Assembly: GCA_965216465.1 (NCBI GenBank) | Contig: CBDCFW010000006.1 | Location: 1,120,001-1,184,000, forward strand | Source: Bacteroidia bacterium | GTDB lineage: Bacteria; Bacteroidota; Bacteroidia; NS11-12g; UBA9320 | Reading direction: 5' to 3' | Length of the DNA stretch: 64,000 bases | In this document: in pieces, positions 19,698 to 29,167 of the stretch | Layout: each line of letters begins with the position of its first letter | Position numbering within the stretch: position 1 is the first letter of the stretch | Notes under the pieces: generated by a model | The model's input: only the letters and a program-made list of their open reading frames with translations | Told to the model about the DNA's origin: nothing | Database searches by the model: none | Position numbers and translations under genes: made by a program

Positions 19698-21545
19698 ATG
19701 GCAAAAATAATTGATGTACTTATATCCATTGAAGGACAAACTATTAAGAATTTCCTGAGTTTGAACCTTATGCAGGCTGCAAATGTGCATCATACATTTG
19801 AGCTAGTTATTCCTTATGATTATGTAAATAGTAAGACCAATCTGGTAATTAATGATGCCAGTAAATTTATTGGAGCAGATATTTCCATCGGACTATATGA
19901 AAAAGGAACGAAAAAAGGAAATGATTTTGTTGGTGTAATAACTCAATTGCAACACCGCAGAGCTTCGTCTGGCATCAACTGTATTGTAGTATCAGGTTGC
20001 AGTAAAACCATTCATTTGGATGGGGTTTTAAATAATTCTGCCTTTCTTAATAAGAAACCAAGTGACGTTATCAAAGAGATAGCAAAAAAATACGGATTAA
20101 AGCTTTCAGTTGGAATTGCTGGTGAATCTCCTCTTGAGTATATTGCTCAGTACAGGGAAACTGATTTTGCCTTCATTCGACGGCTTGCCGCTGAAAGGGG
20201 CCAGTCATTTTACTACGACGGCAAAGAATTGGTGGTTGGTAAGGTTGTAACCAAAAGTGCGATAGGCTTAAGTTACCCAAAAGAGCTTACCGATTTTTCT
20301 TTTGGAATGAAGACCATTCCTGTAAAAAACACGTATACAGACTACGATTATCTTGAGAATTCGATCGTAAAAAAAGAAATAACCAAAACTCCTAAAGTAC
20401 ATAGCAGTATTTATTCAGGTATTGGGAAAGAATCTGATAAGGTGTTCTCATCGGCTAATGTTGTAGGACATACTGTCGGGCCAGAAGAATTGGCTAAGGC
20501 GGCAGCAGCAATTACAGAAAATTTTGCTGCAAACATGACCACTGTTTTTGGAACTTCTGACAATCCATTGATTAATTTAGCAAGTGTAGTGAACATTTCG
20601 TTGCAAGCGACTCGAGCGAGTGGTGCTGCAAGCGATGGTGATTACGGCAAGTTCAAGGTCAATGCAATTACACATAAAGTAGATGGTATCGGAAATTACG
20701 AGTGTAATTTTGAAGGTGTTTCAGACGCCAGTCAACACTTTCCAAACCCCTATAGTCAATTTGTACCAAGTTCAAATCAAATAGCTGTTGTGGTAAAACA
20801 TGATGAGGAAAAAAGATTTGCTGGTAGAGTTCAGGTCCGGTTTAAATGGATGGATACTAATCAAAGTACAGGATGGATTAGAGTTTCTTCACAATATGCT
20901 GGTAAAGGTAGAGGGGTTTTCTTTACGCCAGAAGTAGATGACGAAGTAATTGTTCAATTTGATGGAGGGAATCCATCGAAGCCTATGGTTGTTGGTTCGT
21001 TACATCATGGGAAAGCACAGCTGGAAGGCAAGTTTTCAGTAGACAACAGCCTAGGAAAGATCAAATCTAAGTTTGAACAAGATTGGAAGAAGAACAATGT
21101 CAAGCAAATAGTGAGTCAAAGTGGAAATAGAATAGTGCTGAATGATGAAAAGGGGAAGGAAGAAATACAAGTAATTACCGCACAGGGCAAAAATGGAATT
21201 TTACTCTCGGTTAAAGACGGACAGATTAGCATTTTTTCTGAAAAAAAGCTTGTAATTGCAAGTAATGATATTGAAATGATTGCCAAAAACAATATAACCA
21301 TGGAAGCACAATCAGGTAATGTTACAATTAAGTCAGGCAAGAACTTAGATGTTGATGCTACTCAAAACATTACCGTGAAGGCAGGTATGAAAGGCACGAT
21401 TCAAACTCAAACTGATCTTAATGTCAAAGCCGGAACAAAGGCCGTAGTTGAAGGCAGTATTCAAGTTGAATTGAAAGGAGCCATGATAAAATCAGCCGCT
21501 TCAGGCGTAAATCAAGTACAAGGGAATATAGTTATGATCAACTAA
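19698..21545 (+). CDS. vgrG: T6SS spike VgrG/TssI
   Basis: QYRETDFAFIRRLA, GRVQVRF.W, W.RV...AG..RG.FF.PEV.DEV, P.VVGSLH; C-terminal beta-helix repeats; no evolved toxin extension. Confidence 0.93.
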   Translation: MAKIIDVLISIEGQTIKNFLSLNLMQAANVHHTFELVIPYDYVNSKTNLVINDASKFIGADISIGLYEKGTKKGNDFVGVITQLQHRRASSGINCIVVSGCSKTIHLDGVLNNSAFLNKKPSDVIKEIAKKYGLKLSVGIAGESPLEYIAQYRETDFAFIRRLAAERGQSFYYDGKELVVGKVVTKSAIGLSYPKELTDFSFGMKTIPVKNTYTDYDYLENSIVKKEITKTPKVHSSIYSGIGKESDKVFSSANVVGHTVGPEELAKAAAAITENFAANMTTVFGTSDNPLINLASVVNISLQATRASGAASDGDYGKFKVNAITHKVDGIGNYECNFEGVSDASQHFPNPYSQFVPSSNQIAVVVKHDEEKRFAGRVQVRFKWMDTNQSTGWIRVSSQYAGKGRGVFFTPEVDDEVIVQFDGGNPSKPMVVGSLHHGKAQLEGKFSVDNSLGKIKSKFEQDWKKNNVKQIVSQSGNRIVLNDEKGKEEIQVITAQGKNGILLSVKDGQISIFSEKKLVIASNDIEMIAKNNITMEAQSGNVTIKSGKNLDVDATQNITVKAGMKGTIQTQTDLNVKAGTKAVVEGSIQVELKGAMIKSAASGVNQVQGNIVMIN

Positions 21546-21986
21546 ATGAGAAATGCACGTTATCTTGGAATACCAATCAACTTTGCTAAGCTCAATCAAG
21601 GGGCTAGAATTCGCGATATAGATTTTAACGAATCAATTGCCCAATACATATACACAATTCTAATAACCGAATGCGGAGAATTAAGCTCTGACAAAGACTT
21701 CGGCACAACTGTATGGGATTATGATTTTACGATAACCAACTTTACATCAGAGTGGAAAGATTCGGTTTCAAGCTCAATAGGATCAGCTATTAAAAGATAT
21801 ATCACCCAACTTGACAATATTCGAGTTGATGTCGAAATCGCAGATGAACAATACTCCGATAAGGTAAAAAATGCACTTCGAATCAAGAAAAAGATTACTA
21901 TAAAAGTTACCGGTCAGTTGAAATCTACAAAAGAAGACTATGCTTTCAACCAATCGCTTTATCTTAGCCCAATAACTGTTGAATAA
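21546..21986 (+). CDS. tssE: T6SS baseplate TssE (gp25-like)
   Basis: SIAQYI..IL.T..GE...DFG..VWD.DF; terminal LSP motif. Confidence 0.85.
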   Translation: MRNARYLGIPINFAKLNQGARIRDIDFNESIAQYIYTILITECGELSSDKDFGTTVWDYDFTITNFTSEWKDSVSSSIGSAIKRYITQLDNIRVDVEIADEQYSDKVKNALRIKKKITIKVTGQLKSTKEDYAFNQSLYLSPITVE

Positions 21987-23850
21987 ATTGACAAGACGTA
22001 GTATTGAATCCAGAAATGAAATCTTATCTAGATTAACTAAAACAGCACTTCAGCATTGGGGTGTACAGAATAAGGATATAGATTCGTTTGACCCTGTAGT
22101 TAAGCTACTGCTGTCAGGATTCGCACAAGAGATTCACCGCGTTTATCACGAAATTGAAAATGCAAATATTCGTGTTCTCAGACAGCTAAGTTCAATTCTA
22201 AATCCAGGATATCATGCCGGAGTGAATCCTGCTCATGCTTTGCTTCAATTGTCGCCAACGGAACCGAAGGTAGAAGTGAATAAATACTCTCAGTTCAAGG
22301 TGTTAAAGGCCAAAGAACGCAGACTTGAGCAAGAGATTAAAATGGAAGAAGTAGAAGTATTTTTCTCTCCATTAAATTTTTACACTTTGCACGATGTTTA
22401 CTTAGGTCGAAAAGTAGTAGGCAACTACATCTATGAGTATGATAAAGAAGGACAACAAATCGAAAGAAGTAAGGTTACATTAAATACTGCCCTAGAAGAA
22501 AATGAGGTACTCTTAGGGTTGTGTGTTACAAACAGACTGGACAAGATTAATCAACTTTCTCTGCAAATTGATTGGAAAAATATTATGTCCAGAAAGCAGC
22601 TCCAGGAGCTATTAGGTGATTGCGAGTTTATATTGGGAAATGAAATTATAAAATCTTCAGTTGGAATTGCACGTTCTCGAAATATGAAGGAGGAATCTTT
22701 TCAAATTCCAGCGTTTCAACGGGCACAACAGGTTACTCAAAAGCTTGAGGTAGAGATTGCTGACCTCTATAAGAAGCAGTATCTTTCTTTAGACCTTCAA
22801 AACATAAATCTTCAAGAAGTTCAAAACCACTATTCAGAGATTGAAGAATCCCAACACGTGGGTTCAAATTACCGTGTGGTTTGGATTAAAGTAAAGTTTA
22901 ACCCAAATATTGATAAGTCAATCAATGCACATCTTGTAGTTCGAACCAATTGCATACCTGTTGTCAATAGAAGGTACGAACAACTCAATGTTGACATTTC
23001 AAATACGGCTAAGATAATACCACTCACCACGATTAATTCTGAGTTTTTAGACCTGATTTCAGTAACCGATGAAGAAAAGAAGAAGTTTGTAGTAGGAAAT
23101 TCGGTTAGTAAATCACAAGATCAAGAAGATAGAACCTATGTTCTCAGAGAAAGTGGAATTGAGCGTTTTGACAGCAGAGACTCTAAAGAACTTTTACTTC
23201 ATCTCATCGATTTACTGCGAGACGAAAGTGCTGTGTTTTCAGCAATTGGAATAGATTTTCTAAGTGCCATTCTTAAAGATTTGAATCAAAGCATTAATCT
23301 ACTTGAACAGAAGTCGCTTGATCAGCTTGATGAATTACAAAATCACACACATTATTTGACCATAAAGGCACCAGATAATTGCAGAACCATCTTTGTAGAC
23401 TTTTGGTCTTGTGCAGGTCAATTTGGAAATAATCTAGGACCTAATGATCGAGTTGTTACCGAAACAATGCTTGATGTAAATGATTCGCTTACGCAATTTA
23501 TTTCGATGACGGCTGGCGGCCGAGATAAGAAGATTGGTGATGATGAATTGTCAGGGTTGAAGCGTTCGATGATTTCTGGAGGTAAAGTAGTTACGAAGAT
23601 TGACATTGTTCTATTTGTACAAGATGAATTCGGAGAATACATAGATCATGTTGAAGTTAAGAATGGTGGTATGGTTAGCGAAAAGATGAATGAAGGGTAC
23701 ATATCTACAGTTGATGTTCATATAGACCCTATAGAGGTTGAAGAAGATAGCAACTTCAAACTTGAGGAGCTAATGGTAGAAATAAAATCCAAATTGGAAA
23801 TGCATTCACCACCATACTACAATTATAGAGTGCTTCAAGCTTCAAATTAG
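21979..23850 (+). CDS. tssF: T6SSiii baseplate TssF
   Basis: WG....D.FDPVVKLL, PAHALL, NCIPVVNR, ERFD.R, LLRDE...FS, GGRD, KVVT..DI motifs. Confidence 0.88.
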   Translation: MNKLTRRSIESRNEILSRLTKTALQHWGVQNKDIDSFDPVVKLLLSGFAQEIHRVYHEIENANIRVLRQLSSILNPGYHAGVNPAHALLQLSPTEPKVEVNKYSQFKVLKAKERRLEQEIKMEEVEVFFSPLNFYTLHDVYLGRKVVGNYIYEYDKEGQQIERSKVTLNTALEENEVLLGLCVTNRLDKINQLSLQIDWKNIMSRKQLQELLGDCEFILGNEIIKSSVGIARSRNMKEESFQIPAFQRAQQVTQKLEVEIADLYKKQYLSLDLQNINLQEVQNHYSEIEESQHVGSNYRVVWIKVKFNPNIDKSINAHLVVRTNCIPVVNRRYEQLNVDISNTAKIIPLTTINSEFLDLISVTDEEKKKFVVGNSVSKSQDQEDRTYVLRESGIERFDSRDSKELLLHLIDLLRDESAVFSAIGIDFLSAILKDLNQSINLLEQKSLDQLDELQNHTHYLTIKAPDNCRTIFVDFWSCAGQFGNNLGPNDRVVTETMLDVNDSLTQFISMTAGGRDKKIGDDELSGLKRSMISGGKVVTKIDIVLFVQDEFGEYIDHVEVKNGGMVSEKMNEGYISTVDVHIDPIEVEEDSNFKLEELMVEIKSKLEMHSPPYYNYRVLQASN

Positions 23851-23900
23851 TGGTAAAAATCAATCACTATTTTATGATTGAAATTGCACCAGAAATCGAG

Positions 23901-23908
23901 TATATTTG
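23901..23908 (+). promoter_or_regulatory. Putative internal -7 promoter ahead of the PAAR/effector cassette
   Basis: TATATTTG 16 nt upstream of the PAAR ATG, with ATTG 20 nt further upstream. Confidence 0.55.
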
Positions 23909-23924
23909 GAAAGAATGAATTGAT

Positions 23925-24437
23925 ATGGGAAAACCTGCTGCAAGATTAACAGACTTTCATGCTTGCCCGATGGTAACACCGGGTGTTCCACCGATTCCAC
24001 ATGTTGGTGGTCCAATAATAGGTAGTGGATGTCTTACAGTACTGATTGCTGGCATGCCAGCAGCAGTAATGGGTGATCAGTGTATGTGTACAGGTCCACC
24101 TGATGTGGCTATATTGGGCTCGACAGGCGTATTTATCGGAAAAAAAATGGCTTTGCGTATGGGCGATAGTACGGCTCATGGAGGAACCATCGTGGCGGGA
24201 GCTCCAACGGTATTAATCGGTGAAATGAAACCAGGCGGACCACCTGCTCCTTTACCACCAAGTGTTGCCAACATGGTGAACAACATGAAGTCGCAAGCGA
24301 AAAGTAACCAACCTGGAGGTCTATCACAAATATTCTCAGGTTCTAAAGGTAAATTCTCTTCTGCGTCTTTTTCAAGCTCGCTATCCGAAGCAGCTCAAAA
24401 TAACTCGCCATTCATTCATGCATGCGAACAGTGTTAA
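23925..24437 (+). CDS. PAAR-domain spike tip protein with C-terminal extension
   Basis: GKPAARLTDFHACP, GMPAAVMGD, ALRMGDSTAHGG; about 70 aa tail ending SPFIHACEQC. Confidence 0.92.
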   Translation: MGKPAARLTDFHACPMVTPGVPPIPHVGGPIIGSGCLTVLIAGMPAAVMGDQCMCTGPPDVAILGSTGVFIGKKMALRMGDSTAHGGTIVAGAPTVLIGEMKPGGPPAPLPPSVANMVNNMKSQAKSNQPGGLSQIFSGSKGKFSSASFSSSLSEAAQNNSPFIHACEQC

Positions 24438-24440
24438 GCT

Positions 24441-24803
24441 ATGAGAAACTTAGTCATACTCAATCCTCAATTTGAAAAAATTAAAGCCATTTATAAAATG
24501 GACTTTATCTCGCGTGTGTATGACGAGCTTGTCGAAATTCATGGAGCCAATCTTGGTTTAGACAATAAAGAACTCTCATTTGAAATACTAGATGATTTGG
24601 TTGACGAAGCTAAAGAATTTGATTTTGAAACTGAGGGCGATGTTTTTTATTATATCACCAAGTTCTATGAATATGACTTTTTGCAAGAAAGACCACTCGA
24701 AGATAAGGTGGTTGAAATTCTTACGTGGCCGGACCGGGATTCGTATACAAAGTTTGAACTATTAGAAGAATATAAAGCAGAAAATGGGCCAGAAGAAAGT
24801 TGA
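24441..24803 (+). CDS. Small acidic helical protein, putative effector chaperone
   Basis: 120 aa and very acidic. Q.......F..R...L...A..F.F..E.DV..YI pattern resembles the C-terminal half of DUF4123-type adaptors. Confidence 0.5.
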   Translation: MRNLVILNPQFEKIKAIYKMDFISRVYDELVEIHGANLGLDNKELSFEILDDLVDEAKEFDFETEGDVFYYITKFYEYDFLQERPLEDKVVEILTWPDRDSYTKFELLEEYKAENGPEES

Positions 24804-26211
24804 TAATAGCGTTCAATCTTGTTCTCAGCCTCATGAATCTGAAAATAATGAGTGCAATCATTCAGGATTAATTCTCAGCGTGAACGACTTGAGTTTTAAA
24901 ACCGACGAGACAACCAAGCACAAAACGGTTGCGATTGTTGCTGGAAATGATAAAACGCGTAAAGATGTTGAACTTGAACCGTTAGGACTTGTCGGTCCTT
25001 GTGCAACCCATACCGACAAGGTTTTTGATGCCAAAACTAGCAATGGCGATGAAAAATCTGACCAAAAGTTAAAAATCAAATTGGGTTCAGAAGACCCAAG
25101 AGAATTCAGCACAAAAGGAATAAAGGACTTCTTTTGGCCAAAAGGGGCAAGCCCCAAGCATTATGATGTAAAATGCAATACTTGCGGTCAGAATCACAGT
25201 TATGGTATTGACGTTTATCCAGATATAACGTGGGAGCTCGAAATCGGTGGAAAGATGGAAGTTGATGGTAATACGGGTAAGACTGATTTTGGATTTGACG
25301 CGGGTATAGAAGCCAAATATGATGGGGAGCAAGTGGTGAAGTTTGAAACGGGATCGAGCGAGAATGAAGAAGAATACTCCACCATCGACACCATTATTGA
25401 TCTCATGTATGGAACGAAGAAAGTGGTTGCTGAATTTAGTGAGTTTTGTTCAAAGGGAGAAGGTGAATTCAAATTGGAACACGGTGTTAAACTGAAAGCT
25501 AACTACGGTTGGGAAGAGGTTCCTGGAACTCCTACTGTTGATCATGCCGTAGACCTGACTCTGTCGCTAGACCCTATGTTGAAAATTGAGTTGAGCAAAG
25601 ACTTTGCAGGGCCTTTATTACACGCAATTCCGGGTGTTGGGAGTGCATTAGCAGGTATTGTTTGGCTCATGGAAAAAGCAAAAACGGGTAAGCTAGATTT
25701 GGTTGCAGGTTGTAGTGGTGAGTATAAAGCAGATTTTCATTTGATGCATATTGCAGGTGACGCAACGGACAAAAGAAACCAAGTTGATATTGCAGGAGGC
25801 ATTGAATTTTATATGAAGTTTAATGCCGAGGTGCACGTGACGGTAGGAGTAGGTTTTGGATATGAATCACGAACATCTGGGAAGTTTGAGGCAGGAGGGA
25901 AAGCAAAATTTGGATTGGAAGCAGGAGGAGAAAATAGAAAGCTTGTTAACGGTGAAGATTCAGTTAGCGCCTACATGAAATTTGGATTTTTAGGTCTTTA
26001 TCTGTACTACATTGCTGCAGTAAATCAGGGTATTGCCAAAAGCGGATCTAAGAGCCACTTAAGTACGGAATTTAAAGATGAAGGCAAAGCCGGAGAGGAT
26101 GATGCTCCTGATGACGGAGGTGAAAAACCTGAGGCTGACAAGCAAACGGTTACCTATAAAATAATTGATGCTTTCTCGATTGTAGAAAAATCATTAAAAC
26201 TAGTGAAATAG
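24784..26211 (+). CDS. Putative T6SS effector of unknown activity
   Basis: No signal peptide, downstream of PAAR, CxxC (CNTC), hydrophobic Gly-rich segment GPLLHAIPGVGSALAGIVWLM. Confidence 0.5.
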   Translation: MGQKKVDNSVQSCSQPHESENNECNHSGLILSVNDLSFKTDETTKHKTVAIVAGNDKTRKDVELEPLGLVGPCATHTDKVFDAKTSNGDEKSDQKLKIKLGSEDPREFSTKGIKDFFWPKGASPKHYDVKCNTCGQNHSYGIDVYPDITWELEIGGKMEVDGNTGKTDFGFDAGIEAKYDGEQVVKFETGSSENEEEYSTIDTIIDLMYGTKKVVAEFSEFCSKGEGEFKLEHGVKLKANYGWEEVPGTPTVDHAVDLTLSLDPMLKIELSKDFAGPLLHAIPGVGSALAGIVWLMEKAKTGKLDLVAGCSGEYKADFHLMHIAGDATDKRNQVDIAGGIEFYMKFNAEVHVTVGVGFGYESRTSGKFEAGGKAKFGLEAGGENRKLVNGEDSVSAYMKFGFLGLYLYYIAAVNQGIAKSGSKSHLSTEFKDEGKAGEDDAPDDGGEKPEADKQTVTYKIIDAFSIVEKSLKLVK

Positions 26212-26215
26212 AAAG

Positions 26216-26983
26216 TTGAAGAGACCAGTTTACATACTTAATTACTCTGTTGAGGTAGGTTCATTTGAGCTTTCAATAAACGACATACCTGTTGTAGTTG
26301 ATGGGGATATTGGAAATGTGTTTTCAAGAATTGCACTGAACCCATGGGTTCGTAAAGGAGAAAACTACGTTACTTTAAAAATTGAGAATACCTCAGATAA
26401 CAAGCTTAAAGAGAGTAAGGCCTCTATGGAATTGGGCCTGGTCGAAAGCCACGACCGTCTTGAAGAAGGCAAACAGGTTGTCGAATCTAAAGAAACGGAT
26501 AGCTCAATCGCGTCTATGACATCTACCACGATCAGGATCGTTTTTGTCTCTGATATTGAGCACCTAAATCCAATCTATGAAACTAATGGCGAGCGTCTAA
26601 AACCGAGTCCTAAACTTTTTAAACAGCTGCTTGAGAAGTACCAAGAGATTCATGGTATAATGAAGAACAAAGACCTTAATTCATTTTTGACACTTAATCG
26701 TGTAAAAGATATGGAGTGGTCTTCTTCTGTTTATCTGTCGTATGAAGATCGCGTAAAAGAGATTCGCATGATGTTTGATGAGATATTTAAACTCGACTTA
26801 CTGAAAATAGAGCAAAGTATGATTGAGCTAAAGGTGTTTAACGAAGGAAAGCTGTTTGCAATTCAGTACCCAAAAGGCTTTGATTTGATTTGTTTTGCGA
26901 ACAAAGATTTAACTCATTTTGAGTATATTCCTATAGTGTTTTACTTCGATAAAACAGAAAAAGATTTTATTTTAGTGAGGTAG
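26216..26983 (+). CDS. Hypothetical protein, candidate immunity protein
   Basis: Starts 4 nt after the putative effector; no signal peptide; FEL.INDIPV...LNPW..KGEN motif. Confidence 0.45.
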   Translation: MKRPVYILNYSVEVGSFELSINDIPVVVDGDIGNVFSRIALNPWVRKGENYVTLKIENTSDNKLKESKASMELGLVESHDRLEEGKQVVESKETDSSIASMTSTTIRIVFVSDIEHLNPIYETNGERLKPSPKLFKQLLEKYQEIHGIMKNKDLNSFLTLNRVKDMEWSSSVYLSYEDRVKEIRMMFDEIFKLDLLKIEQSMIELKVFNEGKLFAIQYPKGFDLICFANKDLTHFEYIPIVFYFDKTEKDFILVR

Positions 26984-26985
26984 AT

Positions 26986-28236
26986 ATGGAGACCTATTAC
27001 ATAATAGATGCAGCAAAGTATCCGCTTGTTATAGCTGAGGGAGAGACCTTGCCCAAAGGTTTGATTCCTCTCTTATTAGGCACGCGATACAAATCTTCGT
27101 ATTTGCTCGGACCTTTTTTAGTCACCCAAAAAGAGTTTAAAGACCTCGATTCTTGGTTTTATACCGACGGCTTTTATGACATTATGAAGATTGATACAGA
27201 AATCAGAGATGCTGTGTCAATGGCAAATCTGATGCGATCAAAGCTAGAGGTTGATACAGAAGATGGACACACCTTGTTCTTTAGATATTACGACCCGAAG
27301 GTATTTCGTATGATGGCACCTATGCTTACCGAAGACCAGTTAAATGACTTCTATAAGCACATTGAAAGCATATCTATTTACGATTTGGATTATCAATCAC
27401 TATACGCCACCAAAGTCAAAAATAAGAAGCTTGAAGAAACGATAGAGCCTTTGCCCGAGAATGGGGGGAGTATGAAAAAAATCAAGTTTCCTCTACCAAC
27501 CTTAAGTCAGGTGAAGTGTTTAAATAAGCTTAAAGGAGCTAAAAGTGATTTAGAACTTCAGTATGGAGCGAAAATAAAACGATTAAATAAGTTAATTGAG
27601 TCTAATGCAAGTCCTGCACTTATTCACGCTGAAATAGAACGAATTACTGGTCAACAAATCAATGCACAAAGCTTATTCGACAAAAAGGGAGGCGCTGTTA
27701 AATCAAAAATGTCTAAGCTCCGTGCAAAGTCGTTTCAAATAGCAAGCATGCGAAATCAGCAACAGACCAAAATGGAGCAGCCAATTAAAGATCTTGCAGC
27801 TTTGAAGCGTAAACACAACCCCATTAGAGGCATTATGAATAAGAAGAATGCACTCGAACAAGATGCAACAACTAAGTTGAACAAAGCAAAACTGCAGGCA
27901 AGAAACAAGTCAGGCTTAACAAAAGCTCAGCAAGAATTAAGCAAAGCAAAATCTAATAAGGAGGTATTAGAGCATCGCCTTAAAACAGCAGATAATAAAG
28001 CCAAGAATAAAGTACTCTCAAAGGTGCAAAATAAAACAGCCGATCTGCGTACACTACAAGACCTCTCCAAGAACCCTAAGTCGGTAAACCAAGGAATAAC
28101 CAAAGTTAATAAACTTCATGCTATGGCTTCTAAGTACAAGGAAAAAGGAGAAAAAAAGAAAAAAGAAGAGCAGAAAAAGAAGAAAGAAGAACAGAAACCA
28201 ACCAAGATTAAAAAGAGTTGGGATTTAGATTTTTAG
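26986..28236 (+). CDS. DUF4123 (TEC/Tap) T6SS adaptor fused to a Lys-rich coiled-coil tail
   Basis: YYIIDAA, GPFLV and LFFRYYDPKVFR are DUF4123 hallmarks; the C-terminal ~250 aa are highly basic. Confidence 0.75.
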   Translation: METYYIIDAAKYPLVIAEGETLPKGLIPLLLGTRYKSSYLLGPFLVTQKEFKDLDSWFYTDGFYDIMKIDTEIRDAVSMANLMRSKLEVDTEDGHTLFFRYYDPKVFRMMAPMLTEDQLNDFYKHIESISIYDLDYQSLYATKVKNKKLEETIEPLPENGGSMKKIKFPLPTLSQVKCLNKLKGAKSDLELQYGAKIKRLNKLIESNASPALIHAEIERITGQQINAQSLFDKKGGAVKSKMSKLRAKSFQIASMRNQQQTKMEQPIKDLAALKRKHNPIRGIMNKKNALEQDATTKLNKAKLQARNKSGLTKAQQELSKAKSNKEVLEHRLKTADNKAKNKVLSKVQNKTADLRTLQDLSKNPKSVNQGITKVNKLHAMASKYKEKGEKKKKEEQKKKKEEQKPTKIKKSWDLDF

Positions 28237-28239
28237 TGA

Positions 28240-29082
28240 ATGGGTAAGGCATACACACGATGGAGGCGCTCACCAGGACTCTTTGATACTGTATTGGTGG
28301 GGATAGATGGAACTGGTTCTTCTGATGACTCTTCTTATGCTTCAGCGTATCAACACAGTTTTGTAAACGAAATATATGACCGATCAAGAGTAAAGAATAA
28401 ATACTATTTTAGAGGTCCATCCCTTCTTGGTTTTGAACGAAAAGCTCTTAAAACAATACTCGATGCAACATTAAGTGGTGGACAAAGTTTCGCCAATCCC
28501 CGTAGAAAGTTTAAAATCTTATTGATGGGATGGAGTAGAGGAGGAGCAGCCTGTATTCATATTGCAAAAGAACTACAACGCTACAACATTGATGTGAAAG
28601 CCATGCTGCTTTTTGATCCTGTAGATCGGGATTTGGCACTTAGTACAGGTAGAGTACCAAACAATGTTAAAGATGCCTTAACCATTGTAAGAAGGCCAGA
28701 AACAGGCTCATGGGAAAGTTTTGGCTATGCTATCGATAATATTGACTTCAACAATACGAGTAGATATCAGCATTCATCAAATCACAGCATTGTTACAATC
28801 TTTGGTACTCACGCTGCAATTGGGGGAGTGGTAGGCCCAAAAGAAGGATATGCCGCGGTCGAAACTAGAGGCCAAGGCAAATTGTATATGGGAGATGCTA
28901 GTATGGCCGATCCTTATGGGATATCACGTGATTATGTTCAAGCTAAAGCATATTTCGGGCAAGAGAATGACATGCATGTAAAAATGCTAACCTCACATGT
29001 TTCGTTTGACGACGACTTAAAAGCACGCAAACTTGTTAAGCACGAAATAAAAGGATTCTTAAGCAAACATGGTTACGTGTAG
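28240..29082 (+). CDS. Tle1-like (DUF2235) phospholipase effector
   Basis: VGIDGTG, YFRGP, MGWSRGGAA (nucleophile), LFDPV and FGTHAAIGG match the DUF2235 motif order. Confidence 0.7.
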   Translation: MGKAYTRWRRSPGLFDTVLVGIDGTGSSDDSSYASAYQHSFVNEIYDRSRVKNKYYFRGPSLLGFERKALKTILDATLSGGQSFANPRRKFKILLMGWSRGGAACIHIAKELQRYNIDVKAMLLFDPVDRDLALSTGRVPNNVKDALTIVRRPETGSWESFGYAIDNIDFNNTSRYQHSSNHSIVTIFGTHAAIGGVVGPKEGYAAVETRGQGKLYMGDASMADPYGISRDYVQAKAYFGQENDMHVKMLTSHVSFDDDLKARKLVKHEIKGFLSKHGYV

Positions 29083-29167
29083 TTGATATTTAGCTGATGA
29101 ACAACTAACTTTACTAACTTTGTTTATTGTGGTCTGGTTTTTGAACGTTATAAACTAAGCCTTTGGT

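Noticed and set aside
17359-24437. Prophage tail or extracellular contractile injection system
   Set aside because: It has a two-part TssB/TssC sheath, TssH and TssR-like genes; no capsid, terminase, tape measure or Afp-type genes are seen.
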